Shown: piece after piece, positions 31,422 to 40,853 of the stretch
Numbering within the stretch: the first letter of the stretch is position 1
Layout: every line of letters starts with the position of its first letter
From: Candidatus Zixiibacteriota bacterium
GTDB taxonomy: Bacteria; Zixibacteria; MSB-5A5; UBA10806; 4484-95
Direction: 5' to 3'
NCBI GenBank assembly: GCA_037441845.1
Contig: JBBIRK010000004.1
Coordinates: forward strand, 261,678 to 325,677
Length of the DNA stretch: 64,000 nucleotides
The notes under the pieces: model-generated
The model's database searches: none
What the model was told of the DNA's origin: nothing
Seen by the model: the letters and a program-made list of their open reading frames with translations, nothing else
Translations under genes and position numbers: made by a program

Positions 31422-32771
31422 TCAAAACTCGGTTTTCCCCGAAAAATTGAATTTCTTTATATATATCGACGGGGCGCTGCAACACCCAATATCCTCCCAC
31501 CAATTTTTAACCAATTGGGTTTCCCTTGAAACACCCGCCACCCTGGAAAAGGCCGCCGTGATAGATTCGGTAAACCTCAAATTTTTCACCGCGCCCACGA
31601 TTCGGCCGTTCTTTATTCTGAATGTGCCGTCTCTGGTCATTCCGGTCATCAACGCCTTAGGCGTATTCAGATAGCCGTTGATATAGAAGAATCTAGTTAC
31701 CAGAATTCCGTTTTTCATGCTTGAGATTAGCGCTTCCTTTGTCTTGTTCCCGGGTTTGATAAAAATGTTGATGGGCAGCGGCCCGCTGCCCCAGGCCGCA
31801 GGAAGTGCATGTCCGGTCGAGCGCGAATTATATCTTGCGGCATACGACGAATCATAAACCGGTCCCATGGCTATTCCGTTTTTTACGATATAAACCTTTT
31901 TCTTGGGCACGCCCTCGAAATCAAAAGGCATTGCGATTCCCGCCTTATCGTTGCCGTCATCGAAAATGGTGATCTCCGATGACATGACCTTCTTGCCGAT
32001 CTTGCCGGAAAGAAAGCTGGTTTTTTCATGAAAGGATTTGGCCCCCAAACCTATAAGTGACAGCCAGTCCATTATTGAGGCGACCGCCACCGGCTCGAGA
32101 ATTACGTCATACTGTCCCGGCTCGATTTCTTCCGGATTTTTTCCGTTTAAGCACTTTTTTAACGCGGTCTCTTCAATGGCCGCAAACGGCAACTTGAGTA
32201 TATTGCGCGACATCCCCTCGGCATAGCCGCTGGAGGTGTCCGACATGGCGATCAAATTCATCCAGGCGAATGTCATGGGCTGATAACAATTGACACCGTT
32301 CGAATTCAAGATCGCCACCTCGGAGCTCGACGTAGTAAAAGCTCCTGCTATTTGGACTCCTAAGTTTTCGGCTCTTCTTCCGATATCTCGAACGACCTCC
32401 GCTCTTTGTTTAGCGCTATAGGACGCCGTCGATTCGAAATATGTGGGTATGTTTTTGAACTTCGCCGGTTTCGGCAATCCCTCGAAATATCGATTCCGCA
32501 CAGATTTCCTGGCGATTTCCACGGCGTTTTTCAGCGCCGCCTTCAAAGCATCTTTCGCAAGTGAGTTGGTGGAAGCGATCCCGATCCTGCTGTCGAGCGC
32601 CACCCTGAAAGTGACTCCGGTATCATATTCGGACATGTTTTGATGAATGCATGAATTGGCATATCTGGTCGTATCACTGTAACTTCCGATGAAAACCGTC
32701 TCCGTCTGATCGGCATCCGACTTGCTTATCACCGATCTCAAGAGGGTCAATATTCTGCTTTTGCCGATCAT
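31422..32771 (-). CDS. TldE/PmbA-family protein
   Basis: TRYANS.IHQN, FDFEGVP, TGMTRDG, NLRFTES. Overlaps the tldD stop. Confidence 0.88.
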   Translation of the reverse strand: MIGKSRILTLLRSVISKSDADQTETVFIGSYSDTTRYANSCIHQNMSEYDTGVTFRVALDSRIGIASTNSLAKDALKAALKNAVEIARKSVRNRYFEGLPKPAKFKNIPTYFESTASYSAKQRAEVVRDIGRRAENLGVQIAGAFTTSSSEVAILNSNGVNCYQPMTFAWMNLIAMSDTSSGYAEGMSRNILKLPFAAIEETALKKCLNGKNPEEIEPGQYDVILEPVAVASIMDWLSLIGLGAKSFHEKTSFLSGKIGKKVMSSEITIFDDGNDKAGIAMPFDFEGVPKKKVYIVKNGIAMGPVYDSSYAARYNSRSTGHALPAAWGSGPLPINIFIKPGNKTKEALISSMKNGILVTRFFYINGYLNTPKALMTGMTRDGTFRIKNGRIVGAVKNLRFTESITAAFSRVAGVSRETQLVKNWWEDIGCCSAPSIYIKKFNFSGKTEF

Positions 32772-34210
32772 TTTTTCGCTCCTACTTTCACGTTTCTGAA
32801 CCTTGCCGGCGAAGTGCCATGAGCCACGTGCGCCACCTGCATCGGCTCACCTTTTCCACAGGATGGCAGCCCCCAAACGTGCCAGGATTTCCTGTCGCAT
32901 ATCGCATCGCATGAGTTCCAGAATTCGGGAGTGATTCCGGTATATAACGGATTTTTGAATATTCTTCCTTTCTTGCCGTTCTTAATTTCCCAAGCTATTT
33001 CCTGCCCGAATTGAAAATTCAGTCTCCGGTCGTCAATAGACCAACTTGAATTGGTATCCACCAGAATACCATCATCGGTGTCGTTTATCAGACTCTCGTA
33101 GTCCCATTCTCCGGGCTCAAGATTGACATTGGTCATTCGAATAAGCGGTATCCGATTCCATCCGTCGGCGCGCATACACCCGTTGGGTTTGGCGTTTATC
33201 GTCGGAGCGGTTTCCCTCGAACTCAAATATCCGTTCAGAATTCCCTCGACGATTATCGGCGACCGGCACGATTTAACCCCTTCGTCGTCGAAACCGAAGG
33301 TCCCCAGAGCACCTTCGATAGTGGAATCGGCCACGATATTGACTATCGGCGAGCCATAGCGAAACGTCCCCAATTTTTCGAGCGTCATGAAAGAGCCGCC
33401 GGCAAGGGATATCTCCGTGCCGAGGACTCGATCCAACTCGGCGGGATGGCCGCAGGATTCGTGCACTTGCAAAGCCATCTGTGAACCGCCGATTATCAAG
33501 GTCGTGGTCCTGGCTGGACAATCGGGAGCCGTCAGCAGCGCTTCGGCTTCGGCCGCCACGCGTTCGGCGTTTTCCAGAAGATTCAAGCCACGGATGAATT
33601 CGTATCCGGCACAGGCGTAGTCGCCCCCATGAGAATTCGGAAACGATCGTTTTTGGACTTCGGATCCCGCTATCGCGGTCGCGCTGTAGCCACCCCCGGA
33701 TTCGGTGATCTCCTGTTCGATAAAGGCACCCTCGGTGGAGCAAAATATTTTATGCAGGTTATGAAAAGCCAGCACTCCCTCGGCGATTTTTACCGATTTG
33801 TTGGCGCGTAAGGCTTTATTAATGGACAGCAGCAGTTCGATTTTATCGTCATACGAGACAGCGAAAGGATCTTCCTTTATTTTAGTTTTATAAGTCTCTC
33901 GGAAAATCGGCACCTCCGCCAATTTGACTTCCTGCTTTTTTGCAAGTCCGGAGGCCTTGGCGATTTTAATAGCCCGATTGGCGGTTTTTTCCAGTTCCTC
34001 GTCGGAAATATCGCTGGAGGCGGCAAAACCCCAGCAGCCATCGATCAGAACCCGAATGCCCACGCCTGCGTCTTCATCACGGGATATCGGCTCAACTTCC
34101 TGATCCCGCACCTGGATGGATTCGCTCTTATGCTTAACCCATCTTATATCACCATAGGTCACTCGTTTCGATTTCAGCTGGTCGATTAGTGCTTTTAGCT
34201 TATTTTGCAA
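32768..34210 (-). CDS. tldD: TldD metalloprotease
   Basis: HESCGH (HExxxH), FDDEG, RMTN, C-terminal CGKG. TTG start after AAGGAGG. Confidence 0.9.
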   Translation of the reverse strand: MQNKLKALIDQLKSKRVTYGDIRWVKHKSESIQVRDQEVEPISRDEDAGVGIRVLIDGCWGFAASSDISDEELEKTANRAIKIAKASGLAKKQEVKLAEVPIFRETYKTKIKEDPFAVSYDDKIELLLSINKALRANKSVKIAEGVLAFHNLHKIFCSTEGAFIEQEITESGGGYSATAIAGSEVQKRSFPNSHGGDYACAGYEFIRGLNLLENAERVAAEAEALLTAPDCPARTTTLIIGGSQMALQVHESCGHPAELDRVLGTEISLAGGSFMTLEKLGTFRYGSPIVNIVADSTIEGALGTFGFDDEGVKSCRSPIIVEGILNGYLSSRETAPTINAKPNGCMRADGWNRIPLIRMTNVNLEPGEWDYESLINDTDDGILVDTNSSWSIDDRRLNFQFGQEIAWEIKNGKKGRIFKNPLYTGITPEFWNSCDAICDRKSWHVWGLPSCGKGEPMQVAHVAHGTSPARFRNVKVGAKK

Positions 34211-34292
34211 ACGGCGCCTCCTTGTTGAAAATCGGAATCAGGATATCAAATTCAGCAATTTTCGTATGAATATAGCCGTCTCACAATGATAA

Positions 34293-35207
34293 TCAAGTAA
34301 AGAATAAGTTAGGCATCGTAGAAAAATTTTTCAGCCCCGAAAACAGGACCTTTCGTGCGGCCATTTCCGCGGCTGTTCGGCAGCATTCGGGGACATCGCG
34401 TCCTGACAGATAGGAAATCAAGAAAGCGGCGGCAAAAGTATCGCCGCATCCGGTCGGATCTATCGGTTTTTCTACCTTGGGAACCTCGATAAGCTCATCG
34501 AAGATGCGTTTTCCCATTTTCCAGCAAACAGCCACCGCACGATTTTCCCGGGTGATCATCACCGCCTTGGGGCCGCATCCGCACAATGTCGATGCCGCCC
34601 GCAGAATCGAATCGTCGGTGTCCGTCAGCGCGGGGAAAATCGTTTTCAATTCATGATCGTTCATCTGCAATATATCCGCCCGCGAAACGTATTTGCGCCA
34701 GTGAGGATGCCTGCGGAAAAAGCGCTCGTTTCCGGCTGTACATCCCAATGCCAAGCTGTGATAATCGATAAAAACCGGAACCTTGAATCTGATTTTAATC
34801 TCGTCGATTTCCCGCGGCGCAAACTCGTCGCCTCCGATGTAATTGATCAGAATGGCGTCTGGTTTAGGCGATGCTTTTATAAGTTTTGCTGACAGCGGTC
34901 GCATTCGATTGTAATTAATCTCTTTTCGGTAGTCATCACGGCTGTATCGTAGTTCATGCATTTCATCGGCGGAATCGATTTTCATGACATTCGAAAAGTC
35001 AACCTTGTCGCTTCGGTAGATGAGTTCCAGCTCAGATATTTTTATATCTTTGCCGATGCGACAAACCGGAATTATTTTCGACCCCCGCGGCGCAAATGCG
35101 GCCAAAGCGGCAAGACTATAGGCTATACCGCCGAGACTCTCGATCACTTGACCGTCAGGCCTATGAATAATATCCCGCACGATATGACCGATTACCGCGA
35201 TATTCAT
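34293..35207 (-). CDS. PfkB-family carbohydrate kinase
   Basis: GHIVRD...LGG, MNDHE, DPTGCGDTFAA. Confidence 0.88.
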   Translation of the reverse strand: MNIAVIGHIVRDIIHRPDGQVIESLGGIAYSLAALAAFAPRGSKIIPVCRIGKDIKISELELIYRSDKVDFSNVMKIDSADEMHELRYSRDDYRKEINYNRMRPLSAKLIKASPKPDAILINYIGGDEFAPREIDEIKIRFKVPVFIDYHSLALGCTAGNERFFRRHPHWRKYVSRADILQMNDHELKTIFPALTDTDDSILRAASTLCGCGPKAVMITRENRAVAVCWKMGKRIFDELIEVPKVEKPIDPTGCGDTFAAAFLISYLSGRDVPECCRTAAEMAARKVLFSGLKNFSTMPNLFFT

Positions 35208-35335
35208 ATAAGAACCCGATCGAAATGATAATTATGCTTTATTAAGAAATCATTCGAAATCTTTTTGGCCTTCACTTATTCATTCCGCTTGCCATATGCC
35301 ATTGCCAAGTATAGCAGTTTTGGTCTTCCCCCAAT

Positions 35336-35365
35336 AAAAAAGAGCGCCTCGATCAAGGCGCTCTT
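35336..35365 (-). terminator. intrinsic terminator of the peptidase operon
   Basis: AAGAGCGCCT-cgatca-AGGCGCTCTT preceded by an A run. Confidence 0.88.
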
Positions 35366-35382
35366 GGAAAATCACGGTTCGG

Positions 35383-38300
35383 TTATTTCTTTTCCGGAAA
35401 ATCGCCGATTTCGATTTTCTCTTTCTCTTGGTTCATTATCGCCGGCAAGACGATTGGATCCGGCTTATCGTTTCCAAGCAGCACCGGCGGCGGGAAGAAA
35501 TGGCAGTAACTAAGCGTGGCCGCTCCCTTGAAATACGCCACCAGACGAGTGATATCCGATCCTCGGAATTCGCAATTGCCGTTGACATCGCCCGACACAT
35601 AGAGATATCCGCCAGTGGAATCCAGAAAACAACTATCGGGTGGCTGCGGGCCGATCCCTTTGAAGAATCTGACGCCGAACGTAACATCGCCGCCGATACG
35701 ATTCCCGTCGCCGTTTATGTCACCCTGCACATAATCGCAACTCGGACCGGCGCCTGTTTGAAGCAGCATCGTTACGTGCGCCGAATCGTCATAGGGGAGA
35801 TTAATCCCGACCAACGTGGTGTCCCGATAACCGGTCTTGCTGAAGGTTTCCCGATAGGTCCCCCAAGGCCTGGATATCACGAAATATCTGCCCTGTGCAT
35901 TTGTGGTATCCGTCTCGATAAGGACGTTATTCCAATCATACGTTCGGACCACAACCCCGGGGATCGGTGTCGTATTGTTGGTTTCCTTGACGATGCCCGA
36001 AATGTGACCGGTTCGCCGACCCATCAGCAAAACAACATCGGTGGTGTCGCTCGGGGGCACGTAGATACCGTTAATGGTCGTATCGCGATAACCGATCTTG
36101 CTGAATGTCTGCCGATAAGTCCCCATGTTTCTGGCGAAACTATAGCGGCCCAGAGCATCGGTGGTATCGGTGCCGCGTAACGTATCATTGCTGTCGTAAG
36201 TCTGCACGATCACACCGGCGATAGGTGTCACGTTATCGGATTCTTTAACCGTGCCCAGGATATAGGCGAGCGGCACATTCAAAGAGACAGGCAAGTTAAA
36301 TGTTCCTCCGGTGGGATCGTTGGTCACCACATGCAATTGCCAGTTGAATTGTCCGAAAGCCGTGCTTTCCGCATGAGCGGTAACTTCGATAGTGTCGGTC
36401 TGTCCGGGATTGACGATAATCATCGGGGGATCAACCGAAAGTGTAGCCATCGGCGGAGGCGGCGGGGGAGGGCAATAGATTTCGACCGCCATCGGGGGCA
36501 CAACGTAATGGGCATTATAGACTATTTGCAAGCCGGTGGTGCCGTTCTGGTCCTCTATACCTATCGTAGCCTGAATCGTGTCCGGACCGGTGGATAACAG
36601 ATATTGATAAACGATTTTAGTCGGAGGCAGAAGTATTACCTGAAACGTGAAAGCACCTTCTTGTTGGTAATGCGGCACGTTTATGAATGACACGATGCAG
36701 GTATCTACATTGTTCGTATAGCGGTAGACCGCACCGGAACCGACGATATTCAAATCGTCCCAATAGGGCGCAATCATGGCGTTAGGCTGCGCCGCATTGG
36801 GAATGACCGTGTTCTGCCATACGGCCGCGGTTGAAGTGAATGAAAGGTAGCCGTTGGCGCAGAGATTGAATGTCGTATAGTCATTGCCATAAAAAGTGAA
36901 GGGGAACCCGATTGGAAGGTCGGTGAGCACTCCCTCATCGGTATTCGAAAAAGTCAGCAATTGCCCTATGGAGGTGATATCCCTCCAATTATAAGTCGGC
37001 CCGCCCGGTTCATTGGAATCAATCCACCGGTAGCCAAAAGCATCGGGGCCTCCTTGATTGGCCACGACCGGCGGATTATAGACTCCATCGAAAGGAGCAT
37101 CCTTTGAAACGAGCTGTTCGGATTCGCTCATCGCTGCGATTTCTTTCGGTGGTATCGGGCTGGCCGATGGGTTCTGTCTCAACCAGAGTACCGAATCGAC
37201 CGAAACGGAAACCGCCAGGGCACAATCTCCGGTATTGCTTATGATCAGGTTCGAATGTCCATCCGTCCCCGCCGACTGATTGAAACTGAAGCTCGACGGT
37301 GTATGCGATTCCTCCGGTTCATATGGCGGCGGCAAAGCGAACCTCGCCGTCGTAATCTTAATCGCACGGCCGTTGGCGAGCACCGCGGCTCCGGGGTGAT
37401 ATTCGTTGTCGTACTCGTATTGAATCCCGATCGTTTCTTCCCAGTTTTCGATGCCGACGGAAGAGTAGGTTTCCGGATCATCACCGGTATCATAATCGTT
37501 ATTAACGATATGATTATACTGGAATATGATTTCATTGTCCCCTGTCGGCGTCGGGCGTTTGCAGGCATCGTAAATGATCATCTGGAATGTTTCGATGGAA
37601 TCGGTATTGGAGTGGGTCATGTTGCTCCACTCAATAATCAATCTGCCGTTAGCGTCATCGTAATATGAATAGACCCCGTTGGTGGAATTCGTGCTCTTGA
37701 TATCATCCCAGAACGGCGAAATCTGCGCCCTGGCGTTTCCGGGATCCGGTATCGGCCAATTGAACCAGTTCGCCCAGTAACTATTGCCGACATCGTATGG
37801 GAACGTATCGAAAGAAACGAAGCCGTTGGTCGAGATGATCATGTGGAAGTAGTCCACGCCGTAGTATTTTATCGGGAATGGAAGCGCTACTTTTATCGAT
37901 GCATCGTCGTAATTGGGGAATGACAATCTCGTACCCGGTCCTCCCAGCGATGGGTTGATTTCGATCCAGTTGTAGGTCGGCGCAGGGGCATAACCAATGT
38001 CCGTATTGTCATACATGTAGTAACCGTATTCGTCGGGGCCGCAAGGATCATTGGTATTAACTTGGCCGAGACTTACATTAAACGTCTTGCTGAATAAGAC
38101 CGGATTCATTGCGGCCTGATTCGCCGTGAAATTGACCGTAAAAGGAATTATTCGGCCGTCGAACGCCTGGCTGCTGATGCTTATATTGAACGTATTGCCG
38201 CTGTTATCGCCTCTGGCATTTATACCGATATTGCCGAACGACCCGTTTGCATCGGTTATGGTCACGTATTCATCGGTCGATGACAAGACGCCGGTGATAT

Positions 38301-40833
38301 TTTCGCCGGCTAAACCGCCCATATTCTTGAATGAAACCACCATGTTCGATGTTTCCCCGGGATCAAGTCGACCATCGGCGTTTCCGGGCCAGGTGATTAT
38401 TATGCTATCCGCCTGAATCGATTTGATATCCAGTACGACCTGAGTGATCCAGCTTCCCTGTGCCGAGGTAATAGCCATTTGCAGTGTGATTCTTTCATTG
38501 TGGGGTATGTTATTGGCCAGCGAGACAATAAACGGCGCCGTAGGCAAACCAGTTCCGCCCGCACTGATGTTCGGGTAAGACTGGGTCGGCGATGTCACCG
38601 TCGCCCGCGGATCCAACGAGGTCAATGTGCCGCTCACTGAGGTGGCCGTCGTCGAACTGCCGAAATTTCTCAATCTGATATTCAATCCGAGAATTTCGGC
38701 GGGGTTCGCTTGGCCGTCAACGTTGCCGTTAGTGCCCCCGACGTCATCATCATCTATGATAGTGGAATCGGCATTCAGCGAAACCGTAGCCGCGATAGTC
38801 CGGCAGTACCCGCGATGCGGAATGTAATCGCGGGCGGTTATGGTTACGAAAACAGTATCGATCGATCCGTTCCGGAAATTCAAAGTTACGTCACCGTTGG
38901 CATTTGTGTATCCGCCCACAAATATGGTATCGCTGTCGGTGTAAGTATCGGTGAGATTGACATACGCCCCTTCAAGCGGAGCTCCTCCCGTGCCAGTGAC
39001 ATGAACCGATAAATAATTCGTCCCCACTGGTATGGTGGAATTGTAACTGGCCGACATCGTTTGAGGGATTTTGGTCCTAATCTCCAGTTCCGGATCGCCA
39101 AGGCTGTTATAGGTGTTGAAATATTGCTCGAGAGTACCGCCCGAAGCCTGAAAATGAGGGAATGTCTCGAACTGGCGGAGTTTTCCGGCGACCATATTTT
39201 GCGCCCAGTGATAGATTCCTACTTGATGAAACAACCCAGCGTAAAAACCTACCATAATCGGATTATTCCACCGGGTATGAGTGTTGCCGTCGGTGGAGCC
39301 GAAGAAACATGGCCCGCCTTGAAATGCCGTATCCGGCACGCCCCCACGTATCCATTGTTCGCCAAAACAATTGGCTACCCCATAGTTTCCGGTTCCGCAC
39401 ACTATCGATGTCATCACTCCTAACCGGCGGCTGGGCGTCTGATTATCGAGATCATCGTAATAATAATGTGGATTGTACCAGCCGCTTGAACCTGCCCAGC
39501 CACGATAGGCGACTATTGAAAGGCCTCTATTGAGGGCTGCGCTGATCGTATCGTAGCAGGTCGGACAGGATATGCCGCTCCATTCGAAAGCGGTATCGAC
39601 ACGCGTGAACCCGTGTTCGAGAAGCAAATCACGAACCCAGAGAACAGTCAGCCGCGGGGTGGAGGCGCCGATGTTTCCAGCCACGGACAAACCTCTTAGC
39701 CAGTAACTCGGATCGCCGACCCAGGGATCACTTTCATACTTGATAGCCTTATGCACAACCGACCGGAAAGTATTTAAGTCGCTTGCCGACATTCGGGAGA
39801 CGAAAATATCGGGCAGATAATCGCTTCCGGCAAGAGTAGTGTAGCCATGGTCGGATGTGTAGATCGAATAATGATGATCGGGGATTCCGCTCCCCACGTC
39901 GCCCATTATGCATAAATAATCAGGACGAGTGGATGGGTTGTTGTAAAGGCTCTGGATATATGCCTTTATATTGGAAACCGTCGGTCCGCCCGGAATCTGG
40001 CTGGCGCGGGTGAAAATTGTGTTCAATCCTTTTCTGTATTTCCATAGGATTAGCTTATTGATGACGGAATCAGCAAATACTGCTGTGTCGTTAGGACATA
40101 ATATTAGATAACGCCCTTTGGTGGGATTATATGATGCCAAAACCTGATCGGCGTTGTCGAAAAACATTCGATAAAGCGGCAGGAACGCCTCGGAGATGTT
40201 ATTGTCCTGCCGATCGATCGTATTGCGACTGTCAAATCCTTCATAAAGCAATTCGTATTCGATATTAGTATAAACCCTCAACTCCCTGGTCACGGGATTG
40301 TATTGAATCGGCTGAACGATTACATTGACGAAACGAAAATCGCGTAAGACTGCCGGCTCGCCGACCTGAACCAGCTGTCCCGGAAAAAATTGGCTCGTAT
40401 TATACGCCCGTTCGTTGATCACGAATGCAGGCTCTGGTCCACCCGATTCGGGCATGGCGGGCTGCGTCGGCGCCACCTCGATATCGTAATAGGTGCGATA
40501 ATCCGCCCTTACGACATTGACCCTGACTCCCGACCTGTCGGGTATAATCAGCATATTGGAATAGACCGGCAAATCCGGCATCCCTTCGATATTCATCGAA
40601 CCCGCCTCGGCAAAATCAGATTCAAGCGGCAGAATCCTCGTGAAATCCCTTCCGCCCAACATTGTTTGCTCTACGGCAATACCTGCCAGAGAGAACTCCA
40701 CGGTTGTTTTCGCGGAATTCGAGACAATGACTTCGGCCTGCGAACTGACCGCAGTATCGGATTTGTAAAAATGGTTTTCCGCGCCGATACACAGTACCGG
40801 AGCCAACAGCAGGACAACAATCGCTGCTCTCAT
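35383..40833 (-). CDS. secreted C25 (gingipain-like) peptidase, multidomain, with C-terminal dockerin-like domain
   Basis: Signal peptide; propeptide (GMPDLP, PIQYNP); C25 core (SDHGY..LAGSDYLPDIFVSR, SIVCGTG, LGDP); two GPDxxGY repeats; two carboxypeptidase-regulatory-like repeats; twin GDxNG repeats. Confidence 0.85.
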   Translation of the reverse strand: MRAAIVVLLLAPVLCIGAENHFYKSDTAVSSQAEVIVSNSAKTTVEFSLAGIAVEQTMLGGRDFTRILPLESDFAEAGSMNIEGMPDLPVYSNMLIIPDRSGVRVNVVRADYRTYYDIEVAPTQPAMPESGGPEPAFVINERAYNTSQFFPGQLVQVGEPAVLRDFRFVNVIVQPIQYNPVTRELRVYTNIEYELLYEGFDSRNTIDRQDNNISEAFLPLYRMFFDNADQVLASYNPTKGRYLILCPNDTAVFADSVINKLILWKYRKGLNTIFTRASQIPGGPTVSNIKAYIQSLYNNPSTRPDYLCIMGDVGSGIPDHHYSIYTSDHGYTTLAGSDYLPDIFVSRMSASDLNTFRSVVHKAIKYESDPWVGDPSYWLRGLSVAGNIGASTPRLTVLWVRDLLLEHGFTRVDTAFEWSGISCPTCYDTISAALNRGLSIVAYRGWAGSSGWYNPHYYYDDLDNQTPSRRLGVMTSIVCGTGNYGVANCFGEQWIRGGVPDTAFQGGPCFFGSTDGNTHTRWNNPIMVGFYAGLFHQVGIYHWAQNMVAGKLRQFETFPHFQASGGTLEQYFNTYNSLGDPELEIRTKIPQTMSASYNSTIPVGTNYLSVHVTGTGGAPLEGAYVNLTDTYTDSDTIFVGGYTNANGDVTLNFRNGSIDTVFVTITARDYIPHRGYCRTIAATVSLNADSTIIDDDDVGGTNGNVDGQANPAEILGLNIRLRNFGSSTTATSVSGTLTSLDPRATVTSPTQSYPNISAGGTGLPTAPFIVSLANNIPHNERITLQMAITSAQGSWITQVVLDIKSIQADSIIITWPGNADGRLDPGETSNMVVSFKNMGGLAGENITGVLSSTDEYVTITDANGSFGNIGINARGDNSGNTFNISISSQAFDGRIIPFTVNFTANQAAMNPVLFSKTFNVSLGQVNTNDPCGPDEYGYYMYDNTDIGYAPAPTYNWIEINPSLGGPGTRLSFPNYDDASIKVALPFPIKYYGVDYFHMIISTNGFVSFDTFPYDVGNSYWANWFNWPIPDPGNARAQISPFWDDIKSTNSTNGVYSYYDDANGRLIIEWSNMTHSNTDSIETFQMIIYDACKRPTPTGDNEIIFQYNHIVNNDYDTGDDPETYSSVGIENWEETIGIQYEYDNEYHPGAAVLANGRAIKITTARFALPPPYEPEESHTPSSFSFNQSAGTDGHSNLIISNTGDCALAVSVSVDSVLWLRQNPSASPIPPKEIAAMSESEQLVSKDAPFDGVYNPPVVANQGGPDAFGYRWIDSNEPGGPTYNWRDITSIGQLLTFSNTDEGVLTDLPIGFPFTFYGNDYTTFNLCANGYLSFTSTAAVWQNTVIPNAAQPNAMIAPYWDDLNIVGSGAVYRYTNNVDTCIVSFINVPHYQQEGAFTFQVILLPPTKIVYQYLLSTGPDTIQATIGIEDQNGTTGLQIVYNAHYVVPPMAVEIYCPPPPPPPMATLSVDPPMIIVNPGQTDTIEVTAHAESTAFGQFNWQLHVVTNDPTGGTFNLPVSLNVPLAYILGTVKESDNVTPIAGVIVQTYDSNDTLRGTDTTDALGRYSFARNMGTYRQTFSKIGYRDTTINGIYVPPSDTTDVVLLMGRRTGHISGIVKETNNTTPIPGVVVRTYDWNNVLIETDTTNAQGRYFVISRPWGTYRETFSKTGYRDTTLVGINLPYDDSAHVTMLLQTGAGPSCDYVQGDINGDGNRIGGDVTFGVRFFKGIGPQPPDSCFLDSTGGYLYVSGDVNGNCEFRGSDITRLVAYFKGAATLSYCHFFPPPVLLGNDKPDPIVLPAIMNQEKEKIEIGDFPEKK

Positions 40834-40853
40834 ACGCTTAACTCCTTATTCGT

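Noticed and set aside
35760..36270. Tandem repeat in the C25 gene as a DGR template/variable pair
   Set aside because: It is an in-frame domain duplication with differences not restricted to adenines, and no reverse transcriptase is present.
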